A DNA stretch of 64,000 nt, taken from the NCBI RefSeq assembly GCF_009834535.1, contig NC_045698.1:2048001-2112000 (forward strand), in the 5' to 3' direction. The stretch's first letter is position 1; each line of letters starts with the position of its first letter. The position numbers were made by a program, and so were the translations under genes. The notes under the pieces are model-generated. The model did not search any database and was not told where the DNA came from. It worked only from the letters and a program-made list of their open reading frames with translations. Origin of the DNA: Camelus ferus. Lineage: Eukaryota. Positions 24,421 to 36,800 of the stretch are shown here, in pieces.

Positions 24421-26017
24421 CCTTTTATTTGATGTGGAGCAAACCGGTGCGCGAGCGATCACTCTCCCACGTGAAGTACCGCCCACAGAAACGGCCGCAC
24501 GCCTGCCACGATCCCCACGCGTGATCTGAAGAGAATTATGGTGCCGCTTTCTGGACGAGGGGTACAGTGGGAGCGTGGAAGGACTGTTTTCTGCCTTTAT
24601 GACGTTGAATTGAGCGCACAGAGACCTGGCGTGTGCCCTAATATTAGGCGGCGTGAGCTGGTAAAAGAATGACTGGGTTTAAAACATTAAGTGAAGCAGT
24701 TTTTAGAAAAGCAGCGTTACATCTTTGGGGGAACGAAGGACATGCAAGCGGATCGTGATGATTTGATGAGTTCTTTGCAGAATAAGTAGGACTATTGAAA
24801 CAGCTGCTTTCCCGTTAATCTCCCGGGGACGCCGAAGGATCTGGGTGGGACTGAACTCCCCCAGTTCTGCCTCCAGCCACTGGAGCCAGACTGTGCAGGG
24901 TGACCTGGAACCCAGCCCAGGTGAGGCAGGGGGGCCCTGGGGGCCCTTGGTGAGCGACGGCGACACCCACAGAGGACTCGGCGGGTGTCCAGAGCTGGGC
25001 CGGAGTGCCCCCCGCCGGAGTCCCGCTCAGCGCAGCTGGGGTTTCTCCACTGCTCCCCCGGACCCGGCCTCCCCCACCCCAGCCGCGGCGCTGCGTGTGG
25101 CGGGCCCATCCCCAGAGCCCTCCTCCGTGAACCGCCACGGCGCCTGCCCAAGTCGCCTGATCGATAGCTAGTCTGCACGGTCACCAGCCCAGGTGCGTTT
25201 CCCAGCTCCTCCTCCAAACATGCATGTGCAGCAGGTGCAGGGACCCCAGACGCAGGCCCCTCACTCACCACGGCTCCACCCCCTCCACGCAGCCTGGACC
25301 AGGTGGTGCTCCCTTCCTGCAGGCTCGCTTCCTGCTCTTGGCAATTTGGCCCACAGTCAGGTTCTGGTGTTGGGGTCCCCGCCGTGTGCGCTTGCCCATC
25401 TGACTCTGCACACAGCTTCCTGGACATCCTCAGCCTGCACACCCAACCCCATCTGCCATTTCCCAGCACTCCGACCTTCGACCTGGCCTTGCACCGGTTT
25501 CACTGAGCCACGGCGACCCTGTCTTCGTGGGTCTGAAATTCCGTACATTTACTTGTAACAAATCCTCAGCAAGAGGCAGCCAGCCTTCCCCTGAGAGCTC
25601 TGCCCTACGTGTTCCAGAAGCTTCTGCTGCAGGCTGGGGTTCTATGCAGGGAGACCGAGCCACGTGTGGCCGACTTCCCCTCCCTGCTCCTGCTTCTTAG
25701 CCAGACGGCTTCTGAGCGCATGGCTGGCCCTGGTGCGGGGGACTCTCTGAGCTGCTCTTCCACGCTCAGCCCTGGTTTACAGTGGGATGTCTGTGGACAG
25801 CCTGTTATGGGTCCAGAGCCAATGCTGGGGTGCAATGTCCTGAGAGGCATACGCCCCCTCTCCTCGGCTTCCCCAGTCTCTACTGGTTAATTTTAGAAGA
25901 ATAACTGCTTTTAAAACAAAATCGGTTAGATGTGTTCTGTGGAAGAAATGAAGTACTTGACTAACTGTGGTGTAAGCCAAGCAGATGCCACTGTCAACAG
26001 AAGGATGGAGGCCAGGA

Positions 26018-26152
26018 CACCCAGCCCTGTCCATCTCCACCTCCACCCGCCTCCATCTCCTCCTCCATCAGGATCACTCACTGATGTTCTCAGCACCCAG
26101 CACTGTCCACCTCCATCTCCTCCTCCATCTCCTCCATCAGGACCACCTCAGC
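26018..26152. repeat. Imperfect tandem duplication with (CCTCCAT)-like low-complexity core
   Basis: 'cacccagc(c/a)ctgtcca...cctccatctcctcc(tcc)atcagga(t/c)cac' occurs twice, about 75 bp apart. Confidence 0.75.
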
Positions 26153-26220
26153 TCCTCATCCTCACCCCTGCAGCCGAGTGTGCGCAGTGCTGGTGGACTC
26201 TCGAGCCTGTGACCCACCTG

Positions 26221-26638
26221 CATGAGTGTCCCCAGGCTGCTGTAATAAAGCACACAGACTGGGCGGCTTACCCTGTAGAAATTTATTCTCTCACAGCTCT
26301 GAGTCCAGAATCCTGAAATCAAGGTGCGCGCAGGGCCGCGCTCCCTCCGAGGGCTCCAGGGAGGGTCTTTGCCTCTTCCAGCTGCCGGCAGTTGCCGTGA
26401 TCCTGGGGCTCCTGGGCTTGTGGACGCCTCACTCCAGGCTCTGTCTCCATCCTCACCTGGTGATGTCCCCTGTGTCTGCACCCAAACACCTCTCTTACAA
26501 GGACATGGGTCATTGGATTATGACCCCCTCTCATCCAGCTGAGCTGAGCACATCTGCCCAGACCCTCTTTCCAAACAGGGTCACATCCTGAGCTTCCGAG
26601 TGGACTCGAGCTTGGAGGGAACCTGTTCAACCGGCTAC
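26221..26638 (-). mobile_element. MLT1-type MaLR solo LTR
   Basis: Diagnostic antisense MLT1 phrases: 'ggctgctgtaataaagcacacagactgggcggctta...agaaatttattctctcacagctctg...tgaaatcaaggtg...tcttacaaggaca...gtcattggatta...ccctctttccaaacagggtcacat'. Confidence 0.85.
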
Positions 26639-26850
26639 CCCATCCCACCCAAGGAAGGAGGAGGAGGGCAGGGCCTCCAGCCAGCCACCCCTGCCCTGTC
26701 CTTCTGGGAGGAGAACAGAGGCCTTCGCACCAGCCACCCACAACGTCCATCCACACGGGTTTAATTTCTTTCCCTTATTGACTGAATCAGGTTCATGGGA
26801 TGAGGTGCTTTTTGTGCAGTGTCCCCCAGACCCCAGAGAAATTCGGTGCT

Positions 26851-27245
26851 TGTGTTAGTCAGGGGTTCCCGATAGGAGATACACGTACATAAATAGGAAT
26901 AAAATGTCTATGTCATATTAACCTCCCGATTGTGAGGGACTGGCTGCCGTGACTGTGAAAGCTCTCACGATCTGCCACTCAGGTGGGGGCCCGGCGAGCC
27001 AGCGGTGTAGCCCCTGCGCAAAGTCGGGCAGAAGAAAAGAGTAACTTCTCTCTTCCTCCACCTTTTGTTCTATCCAGGCTCCCAGTGGGTCGGAAGATGC
27101 CGCCTGCTTTGGGGAGGGCCGTCCGCTTTACTGGGTCTGCCCATTCGAATGCCAGTCTCACCCGGAAACACCTCCCAGACCCCCAGAACGATATTTAGCC
27201 AGATATCAGGGCCCAGGGCTCCAGCCCAGCGGGCTCGCTCACTGT
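26851..27245 (-). mobile_element. MLT2-type (ERV-L) solo LTR
   Basis: 'tgtgttagtcagggg...cttttgttctatccaggc...ttggggagggccgtccgctttactgggtctgcccattcgaatgccagtctcacccggaaacacc...cccagaacgatatttagccagatatcagggccc' matches antisense MLT2. Confidence 0.8.
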
Positions 27246-28842
27246 CTCATTTCCTCCTCCACGCACCCCTGGCGTGCACCGCGGTCCACGCTGACCCATC
27301 TCTCACCTGGGCAACGGCCCAGGCCTGCAGGCCCTCCACCCACCACGAGGGCCCCGTCTGCAGTCACGCGATCAACACGTTGAGCCAAGCCACCCCGAAA
27401 CACTTTCCATAAAGAGCCGACGCCTCGGCGAGTGGCCTCCCGAGGCCCCGGCTGGGCCCGCACCTTCCCCGGTGTCCTGTGGTTCAAGGTTCTTCAGTGA
27501 TGCTGTTTGCTGTTTCGGCGTCCTCTGCCTGGGAGGCTGTGTCCTCCACGTGCACCCTCTCCTCCTCTGCTCCTTCTCCAGACCCCAGCTACACCGTCGT
27601 TCCTCTGTCGCAAAGCCGCACCCCCTTTCCCAGACCCCGACACCCCCCTTAGTAAACACTTTCATCACAGTTGCAATTCACAGCCACATGTGCCTCTCAA
27701 AGTCACACAGGGGCACGGAGGTTGCCTTCAGCAGCTCCGCTGCTCTTGGAGGCAGAAGCCATGTCTCACCCCCTCATCACGGTGGTCTTGGTTCTCATTT
27801 CAACTCATGGGTCACGGTAATTCCTTATCTGGTGAACAGACATCAGCACGCTCTGAAAATGCTTCTCCTGGAATTTAGCCTCCTCAAAACATGAGCTGCC
27901 CCGTCACGCTTCCTCTCTTTGCCTGCCTTTACATCCCTGTCTGCTTTCCAGGGAGAGTGACGTTGTGCTGTGAGGTGTCGCTTGATACCTTTTCACGCAT
28001 GTTGCGTATTATATTTTTATTTCAGGAAGGACCAGCCATCAGATTATTTTGACAAGTGTCACTTGGGGAAGGAGGGAGAGAGCATGACTATTCTTTACAA
28101 ACGCAAACAGATAACTTTCTTTCTCCTGGTCTAGAGCTGACCTTTGACAAGGGGGTCCTGCTACACCAAAACCAGATCATCGACGTCATCTTTTTTCCAG
28201 AGATTTTGCACCTGAGGTCCATCCCACAGGCATCTCGTGACGGCCTCCCAGGCACTGTCGGCACCTTGCTCTGCTCACCCCGTGTTCTGGGTTTGTGTGA
28301 GGCGCATCCAAGAAGCCAGCCCCATCAGCCGAGGCCCGACCACTCAAGGATACCAGTGCACACCAGCTCGCTGCTCTCCTGGGGTGGCTGGAGCCAGACC
28401 CAGGACCCACAGGCCGGCATCTCCCTCCACACGTCGTCCGCTCAACCCTCGGTGTGCTGTGGTCTGTGTGAGGCCTCGGCCGGCCGCCCACGTGCCCCAC
28501 TGAAGAGGTCACCCGGCTTCTTCCGGCTTTTCCTGCGGCCCCGGCCACCCCAGCCAAGCATAGCACGAGCTGGCGTCCCCGAAGCGTCCCCGCTCCTCCC
28601 CGTTCTAGCAGGTGCGGGTCCGAGACCATCCCGGCCGCGGCAACTGTGAGAGAGCCCGAGCTCGCCGTGTCTCCGCTGAAGGGGGCTGCTAAGTTCTGTG
28701 TTACGAGGGGGAGCCCCGCGGGGATGCTTTCTGCCTCCCAACACACCCCGCGTGGTCCAGGGCACGTGCGGCGGCGGCCCGGGCTCCACCCGACTTCGCA
28801 CTTTCCTCAGGGACACGCACCGAGACGATTGTGAGTGTTTTC

Positions 28843-29033
28843 TTTTTTTTTTTTTTTTCATAAAAACTTTCCGTTCTGTTTTCCTGTGGTGAGGTCAGTC
28901 ACGGCGCTGTGCCCGCTTCCGGTGCACAGCGTCATGGCTCGGTCTTCCACGTGCACACATGGATTTCTCTCCATGTTCTCTTCCTTGTAAGTCACCACAA
29001 GACATTGGATATAGCTCCCTGTGCTACACAGTA
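28843..29033 (-). mobile_element. 5'-truncated L1 3' end, strongly GC-shifted
   Basis: Reverse complement reads 'tactgtgtagcacagggagctatatccaatgtcttgtggtgac...gctgtgcaccggaagcgggcacagcgccgtgactgac...(A)16', colinear with the 1162 and 59237 copies. Confidence 0.8.
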
Positions 29034-32000
29034 TTGCAAGCAATTGTTGAGTTCATTATTTTTAGTCCCAGAATTAATTTTTAAATGAAGATCCCCCCAA
29101 AATAAAAAGAAAACCTGGCACATTGGCATGGGGGGGGCACTCATCAGCGAGGACTCGAGCCCAGAGTTTCTGTCCCTCCAGGCAGAGCCCTCTTCCCTCC
29201 GAGCACCCTGAGCGAGTGGCACCGGGGCCAAGGTGGCCCACCTGGCAGCGGCTGTGCAGGTGGAAGTCACACACCCTGTGACCCTGGGCTGGGCCAGCCC
29301 AGGAGCGTGGGGGGCATGGGGCTCACCTCCAGCTGCATCCTTGGTGGTGCCCCTCAGGGCAGCAGCTGCCTGTTCCTCATGCTGTCTCCTCCCTCCTCCC
29401 CTCACGAGCGGTTCAGGACTAAGTGACGAGGGGGGAGGGCAAACTTGAGGCCCACCAGCCAGGCTCACTGACTTTCTACATCTACTTCCATCCGGCCCAT
29501 CCCCTGGTCCCAACTCACTGGTACAGGGGGACATGTCCCAGGGCAAGGGGTCCCTGCCTTGGTTCTCTGCCCTCTTGGGAGCACGGCATCCAGCAAAGGA
29601 ATTCTTCTCCGAGGCACAAGGAGCAGAGGGGCCACCTGGTGTCCGAGGCCTCCTTGACCTCCTTTCCTGGAGGTCCAGAAGCCACAGGAGGACAGCACTC
29701 CTTGTGTCCTGCCTCTGGCCTCTCCTGGCATCACTGAGGGTCTCTGCTTTTTTGTGAGACCCTCCCCTGCACGTCCGCACAGCCAGCCCGTTCTCTTTCT
29801 CCACCTCCTTGATGTCCCAGCCACTGGGGGAGCCACAGGGGTCCCCGATGACTGACCACCAGGCCTCTAGGCAGCCATGATGCCCCACCAAGGATGCAGC
29901 CTCCTGAGGAATCCACAGCTGTCCACCCACATTCCCCTGCGGGCCGCGCTCGCCCTGAAGTGGGAAGACACGTGTCCTTCCCCAGTTTGTGCCCAAGTCC
30001 CTGGGAGCCAGAGCAGTCCTCCCTCAGCCCCGCTTGCCTTCGGAGAGCAGCCCCGCCTGCCCCCGTCTCCCAGGTGCTCAGAGCGCCCAGGCAGGGCGGT
30101 GAGTGGGGCTCCTGAGTAAATGCAGCCCTGCTTTGGGGGCTCCCTGCAGACCCTCGTCCTCGCTCGCTGGATGCACCCCGGCAGCAGAGAAACAGTGACA
30201 AATCCTGGAAGCGATGCAGGGGACACAGGTCGGATCTCAGACCTACCGCCCACCATAACAAGGGCCCTGCTTGCCTCCTCTCCCGTTTGGGGGCTGTGGG
30301 TGCAGAGAGGGCCCCACGTGGCACAAAGGACCACAGACGGCATCCTTTCCTAGAGCCGAGGCAGCCCCACTCGGAGCCACAGAGGTGGAAGGATTTGGAG
30401 TTGAGGAAAGCGGGGTGACCGAGGTCAGTGGTCAAGCACCAGAGCTGGGGCACACACTGAGCCTGCAGCCGCTGCGGCCTGTTCTGCACAGAGGATGCCT
30501 TGTGCATGCCCGCCTTGCACTCAGCCGGACGCCGCAAGCTTCTTCTCTCCACGAGGATGGCAGGCGCGTGAGGATGCATGCCGTCTCCACGGCTTCCCTC
30601 CCAGACGCCCCCTCTCAGGCTCCCAGGGGGCTGGCTTCCAGGACTGGGTGCCGGGCTGGGAGGGGCTATCCGTGCTGCCACCTCCGCGTCACACACCTGA
30701 GAACCTCGAGGGCGCAGAGGCCAGCGGGGTTCCTGATGGATGGAGCTGGCGAGCAAGACGTCGCTGCTGCGCCGCGCGGGCCTGACGGCAGAAAGCCTCC
30801 TCCAGACCCGGCCTGTGCTGCTGCCCCGCTCCGCTGCAGGAGCGCAACGACAGTGGCACGGCCGGAGCCCGGCCGGACCCCAGCCATCGGCCCAGGGAAT
30901 GAGGGACGGCCTGGGGCGTCCCAGAGGGAAATGGCCAGTGCACCCCGGGACCCGGCATGGCTGCCAACACCTGCCACACGGCGGCCGGCTCCCGTGTTGG
31001 ATCCCGGCGCAGATCTTCGCCAAAAATTCCAGTTCAAAGAGACGAGCCCTGAGACTGAGTTTTACATAAAGCGTTGTGTGTAGCTCTGTTTGATCAAACA
31101 TACTTCTGAGCTTCAATCTCTTTTCAAAGAAGAAAAATCCAATTTTATCGTGTTTTAGATTACGGTCTCCATGCTCCAAATGAAATTTGGTGATCAGCCG
31201 GGATAAATCGGAAAGAGGGTGAGCATAGAATTTCACTTTACAAAAACAGAAGAGAGAAGAGAAGAGGTCTGAGTTCGATGGAAATTTTTCCAAATATTTA
31301 CATAATTTATTGAATTTAAATAAATAAAAAATAAATTGTATGTATTGTTTAATTGATACATCAAATGACAAACTTGGCTTTCAGGAAGTCTCGGGGCAGG
31401 TCGCTGGAAGCACGGAGACTGCAAGTTAGGAAGTCTGGTTTGCAGGGCTGCGCTCACCTCCACGCGGCAGCCTTGAGTGTGTGCACTTCGACGTTTGCTT
31501 TTATTTTAAATGTTAATGTTATTATCTATTACTTGCGTATGCGGTGCTCTCCCTGAGTAACTCTTTTTTTCCTGCTTACACCATGTGTTAAGGAACGCAA
31601 AAATCTTTGGGTCATTTTTGTGGAGTGATTGATCTTGTGAGAACTTTAAGATAGAAGTTTGAAATTCTGCACAGGCTCTGAAAAAGTGCTCTGTATGATG
31701 TATTTTTTTTAAACAAAAGACGTGGAGACAGTTTTTTCTCGGTCAACTGGAAGATGCAAATTGTTCTCCAAGTCTGAGCGGAAGTAGAGGCTGTGGCTTT
31801 GGCTGCAGAATGACAGTGCCAGGCCCCCGGAACCCTGTGCTTTGAGCTTCTTCCTTGAGGACCCATGAGGACCACCTGCCAGATGCCGGTGCCCCCACAC
31901 CTGCCAGTGGTCGCTGATGGCATCCACCCTGTGATGTTTCTAGCACTCTTGTCCTCCGTGAGGGGGACAGAAGAGACTTCACTGGGGTTCTGGCAGAGGG

Positions 32001-32717
32001 TTCCAGACGGATGTCCTGCTGCACTTGTACCCCAAGACCCAGGAGGTCTCCTGGTTGGACAGACCCCAGCTGCGCAGCAGATCGTCCCCCAGACTCCACT
32101 CCGGGCATTGCTGGAGGTCGTGTCATCACCGTTGACACGTCATCCATCGGCATTTATCACGCAACCCGATTTTGTCATTTTAAATAAACTATGACTCAGA
32201 AGGGCCCGGGTTAAGCCAGGTAAGTAGATGCACTCTGGGAGTGTTGGGCTGGGGGAAGAATCCGGCTGTTTTAATTACATTTTTTTTTTTTTAGTTTCCC
32301 TTAGTTTTATTAGCAGGAACACAGAGAGGAAACTGGCTCTGTTCCCCCTTCTTTTACTGCGATGCTGTTTAGGACCCTGGGATGTTTTCTTCCAGCTATA
32401 AAACCATTTCACCCAGGCGCGCTCATCTTCGGAGCGCACCCCTGTTCCCTCAGACCTCTGAAGCTCCCGCTGATTCTGCACGGGGGCAGAGCACTGAGCT
32501 TGTGACACTCTGAGCAGGGGAGAGGAGAAGTCACCGTCTGACCTCCAGGGCCCTGGAACCCCGTTAGGGGCAAGGAGGCAGGCGCGCAGGCGTCTCTGAG
32601 GCAAAGAAGAAGGAAAGGACCCCCGTGAGGGTCAGGTGCGCAGGGTTTGTGGTCCGAGGACTCAGCAGAGTCGGCTTCTGAAGGAAAGTCACGTGGGTGG
32701 AAACAGAAGGGTGAAGG

Positions 32718-32888
32718 CCTGGGCCTCCAATTTGAATCTGTGTGCGGCCCACCAGGAGGGCTTCACGCACACGACTGCCCGGGAGACGCCGCCCATCCAG
32801 TCCCGTCTCTGCTTCAGGGGGTCCGAGTGAGGCCGGAGAATTGGCCCTTTTAGTGAGTTCTAGGTGACCTGATGCTTTGAGGACCCTG
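32718..32888 (+). mobile_element. MER5A-like hAT-Charlie DNA transposon relic
   Basis: 'caccaggagggctt...tctctgcttcagggggtccgagtgaggccggagaattggcc...gttctaggtgacctgatgctttgaggacc' follows the MER5A order (cacctggagggcttg...tctgattcagtaggtctggggtggggcccgagaatttgc...caggtgatgctgatgc...tttgagaacc). Confidence 0.6.
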
Positions 32889-33640
32889 GGTTAACAGGGT
32901 GTCACTGGTGACACGGCCGTCCCAGTGCTCCTTTCTGACACTTTCAGGGCTGAGCTCGAGGGCGGTGCTGGTTCCTGCTGGGGGAGGCTGGCGGGTCTTC
33001 CTGTCCAGACGACTGGCCGCCCCTGCCGTGCCCAGCTGTGGGCACCCCAGCGGTCGGGGGCAGGGTGAGGGGGGAGGCACGGACTCGGCAGACAGGACCT
33101 GCTGGTGACCCGCTGATGCTTGGGCCCCCCCTGCGTCCTCTCCCTATGCCAGATCTAGGGGAGCAGCAGTGAGGTGTCTGGTCCGAGGAAGGCGGCTGGG
33201 CCCCAGTGACACTCTCCTGAGCCTCTCGACCTGGGCTTCTGGGAACAGCTCTTCCCCAGCCCCGGCAATGGGGGGAGAGCAGCAGGCTGTCCCCCACTGT
33301 GTCTTGCAGAAAATTGGCTGGAATGGAAGCCTGGTCTCCCAGGACGCGCCTTGTAGGCTGGCCAGCAGGGTGACTGTCACAGCGTCCGGCCTGTGGTTTC
33401 ACAGCTCCCTTCTCCTGGGGCCGCGGAGCTCCAAGCTCCTCACCCTTTTCTGTTTCTTTTGTGCTCCTTGACGTCACTGTGAGAGCAAAGTGGGGACCAA
33501 GTCCTGTGCAGGGCTGAGAAGGACTTGTAGCCTCTGACACCCGGCCCCTCCAGCCGAGCTCCTGATGGGCGGCCCAGCCCGAGCTCTCTGGCCAAGTGGG
33601 AATGTTGGAGGCCTTGAGGGGAGATACTGATCGGAGCCAC

Positions 33641-33822
33641 CGTGTGTGTGCACGTATGCCTGTGGGTGTAGGGGTGCGCGCACGTGCGTGTGAACGTATG
33701 CGCGTCCATGCATGTAGGTGTGTGTGCTCGGGTGTGGGTGAATGTGTGCAGGGAATGTGTATGTGAGTGTGTGCACATGTGCATCCAGGTGTAGATGTGT
33801 TCAGAGAGTGTGTGTAGGTGTG
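33641..33822. repeat. Degenerate (TG/CG/CA) alternating purine-pyrimidine tract
   Basis: Directly visible: gtgtgtgtgcacgtatgc...gtgcgcgcacgtgcgtgtg...gtgtgtgcacatgtgcat. Confidence 0.85.
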
Positions 33823-33839
33823 CAGCTAATGCTGCCATC

Positions 33840-36800
33840 TGGGCTCCGGAGAGCTGGGAAGGGCACTGGCCCAGGCCAAGTGGAGCGGAAGTGACCGTCT
33901 CCGGGCAGATGGCCCAGGAGGGGTCGCGGCCCAGGGCGGGGTGGGTAGAGAAGCTGCAGAAATGCGCGTCAGGGGTCTACCGGGCACGGTGCTCCCCCAG
34001 GAGACGCCGCCGCGCCACGCCAGGCTGCTCCCAGGAGACGCTGTCACGTAGCCAGGACCCTGACGGCCACCGTGAGTGGGCGTGGGGTGTGATAAATGCC
34101 GGCTGCAGAGGCTGGCGTGAGGGCCAGGAGGGCCAGCCCACAGGGCCTGGGGATGGCGGAGGGACCGTGGCAAGCAGGGCAGGATGGCCCGGGGGCCCGC
34201 GAGGGCCCAGCCCCGCAGACACACAGCATGGGGCAGGGCATCCGAGAGCCCCAGCGGCCCCGGCTCAGTGTCACAGTCCCTGACTCAGGTTCTCAAGCAC
34301 AAGCTGATTTGAGGCCCAGAATGTGCTGCCTGAAGGAGACGCTGTGTCTCCAGAGGGGACCGTGACACCTCGTGGTGAGCGCACCCCACAGTGACTCCCC
34401 GAGGCCTTCCTGGAGGAGCCCGCAGAGCTTTGGAGTGACTGCAAATGGAGGGAAGGGAACCCCAGGCACCTTGGGGACTCCCGTCACAGGGCCTGAGGGG
34501 CCGCTAACAGCTTCGCCATGGTCCTGTGAGAGTGGAGGCCTGGGGGGGGCCTCTCCTTAACAGGGAGCCGAGTCAGGGTCAGCGCACAGACGCCGTGGGT
34601 GCTGCGGCCCCGTCCAGTGGAAGGTCCCTGGCCCCGGGGACGTAACTGGATGCGCATGCCTGGTAGCAGGTAGAACCCACACGGGCTCCTCAGTCTGTAC
34701 CGTGTTCACTCCATAGGGGAGGCCACGAGGACGCCCAGCCCCAGCCGGGACAGCAAATCCAAACAGCGCAGCAAACCAGGTGAGCTGGGGGCTGGCAGAG
34801 TGACTGTCCCCTTAAACCAGGGTATGTGGAGGTGATGGGCCCATTTTGTCCCCGGTTGTTTCGAAGTCTGGCTTCCACAAAGACCAGGTGTATCCCAGAG
34901 GACCCCGGGAACTCAACCGGGGGGACCCCAGACGCCGTGGCCACAGCAGACGTGGTGTCATTGCTAAAGCAGATTAAGGTGGATTTGGACACTGGGCATC
35001 TGGCCGCTGACCTGCAAAGGCATTACTTTGCATCCTCACGATAAAGGAGCACCAAGGCCGGTCGCATCATGTGAAGGGGAACCACGGCACATTCTTGGCC
35101 TTGCCCCCGGGGTGGGGCTGCGCTCAGCGTCTCTTATGAGACAGTGACGAGGCCAGGGCCATCAGGTCGCTTTGTAGACGTGGGCCCTCTGTCAGTGACG
35201 TCACGTGAATAAGAGAGGCCGTCGCGATGGAGCGAGAACGCTGAAGGCTGGGGTAGGACAGCTGGGCCTCGGAGGGCGGGAGGCCACGCTGAGCCAGGTC
35301 CAGAGCCGGCCCCCCTTGGCAGATGCCGCAGGGTCTGGCTGCGTGGGGCGCGCGGGGGCGTTGCCTCGGAGTGAAGAAGTCGGTTCCTCCAACCTCCCGT
35401 TGTTGAGGAGGCAGCGCGGGGCCCGGTGGGCCTCCTCACCTTCGAGGTCCACACCAGGGGAGCTTTTCGGACTCACTCCCAGGGCGTCTCACAGGCTGTC
35501 AGCACGGAGGGGCTCAGGGGAGGGGAGGGGCCAGGCTGGAGTCTGGGCTGTGGAAGGTGCCTCTGGGGGGGTGACACCTCGGGTGCTTGTGTCTACACCC
35601 AGTAGGAGAATCTCATCTCAGGCTCCAGGACTCTGGAACCCCGCCTTCTACCACAGACCCCGGAAGCAGCTTTGGGGCTTGGGGGTACCGTTGGGCCCTG
35701 GCAGAGATGGGGGCCTGGTATCAGAGCCCTGAGGCCAGAGCTGCCCGTGGGCTGTGCCCCACCAGACCTGACAGCTGACCTGTGTGGCAGGCCCGGCCGG
35801 CATCCGTGGTGAGATGGAAGTGGTGTGGGGGTGGTGGGCACAGCCTCTGTCTTAGAGCATCAGCAGGTTGCAAGGCAGGTGGCTCAGACCCCGTGTCTCC
35901 ATCATTGATGCCTCAGAACCTCTCAGCTCAGACCTGCCTGGCTCCCCGCGGGTCCCTGAGGGAGGCTGGTGGGGAGGAGCGGCCGAGGCTGGTCCATGAT
36001 GGGTTGGCTCGCACACGTGTGTGAGAGCCGGAAGGACCACAGCGGCCTGCTGCGCCCGCAGGAGTGGCCCTGGAGGCCAGGGGTGAGGGGACGTCCTCCC
36101 GATGGGCAGGGTCTCAGGGGACATACCTGGTTCTCTGGTGTGTGTGGGAACTAAGCGGCCTGGCCTGACGTGAGAACATACGTGGCCCCTGGGCCGTGGC
36201 TGGTCAGCCCGGGGCGGGCGGGGGAGACCCTGGAAGAGCAGATGCAAGAGACCTGGGACAGAAGCGCACGGATGAGCCTGCAGGACTGGGGCCAACGTGG
36301 GAAGGACCCATGTTTCATGCTAAGGTCCCCCCGAGGGCACCCCTCCGAGGAGAGGCAGTGAGCGTTCAAGTAAACGGGACCGACCTCGCTGTGGGCGCTC
36401 AGAGGAACGGAAGAGCCGTGGGGAGGGGTGGAGGCTCAGTGTGGCCCTGGGAGCCTGGCCCCAGTCAATCTCTGGCCCTGGCTGCCCCGGGGAAGCTTTG
36501 GGCTGCTCACAGTGGAAGACCAGCCAGCCGGGAAAAGGTGGGGGCTTCCCCAGGGGAGCTGGGAGTCACCTGTCGGCACCCAGCGGACCCCCGGGGCGCC
36601 TTTCTTAGCTCTGAGACTGAACTCGACTCCAGGTGGACCAACCTGCCGTCACAGGAGGAGAAGAGCCCTGCCCCAGAAGACGAGACCTCTCGGGATGGGG
36701 CCGGCGTCTCGCCACCAGGGAGGTCACCAGGCTTGCAGCCAAGGGCTGAACAGGTGGGAGACAGCGGTGCAGGGAGCAGGTGAGCTCAGGGTCCATGCTG

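Noticed and set aside
29731..31371. 546-aa minus-strand ORF, plus neighbouring 334-aa and 270-aa ORFs
   Set aside because: No recognisable domain. The Arg/Gly/Pro/Ala-rich composition and overlapping ORFs on both strands are what stop-poor GC-rich DNA produces. The 334-aa ORF ends inside an L1 fragment.
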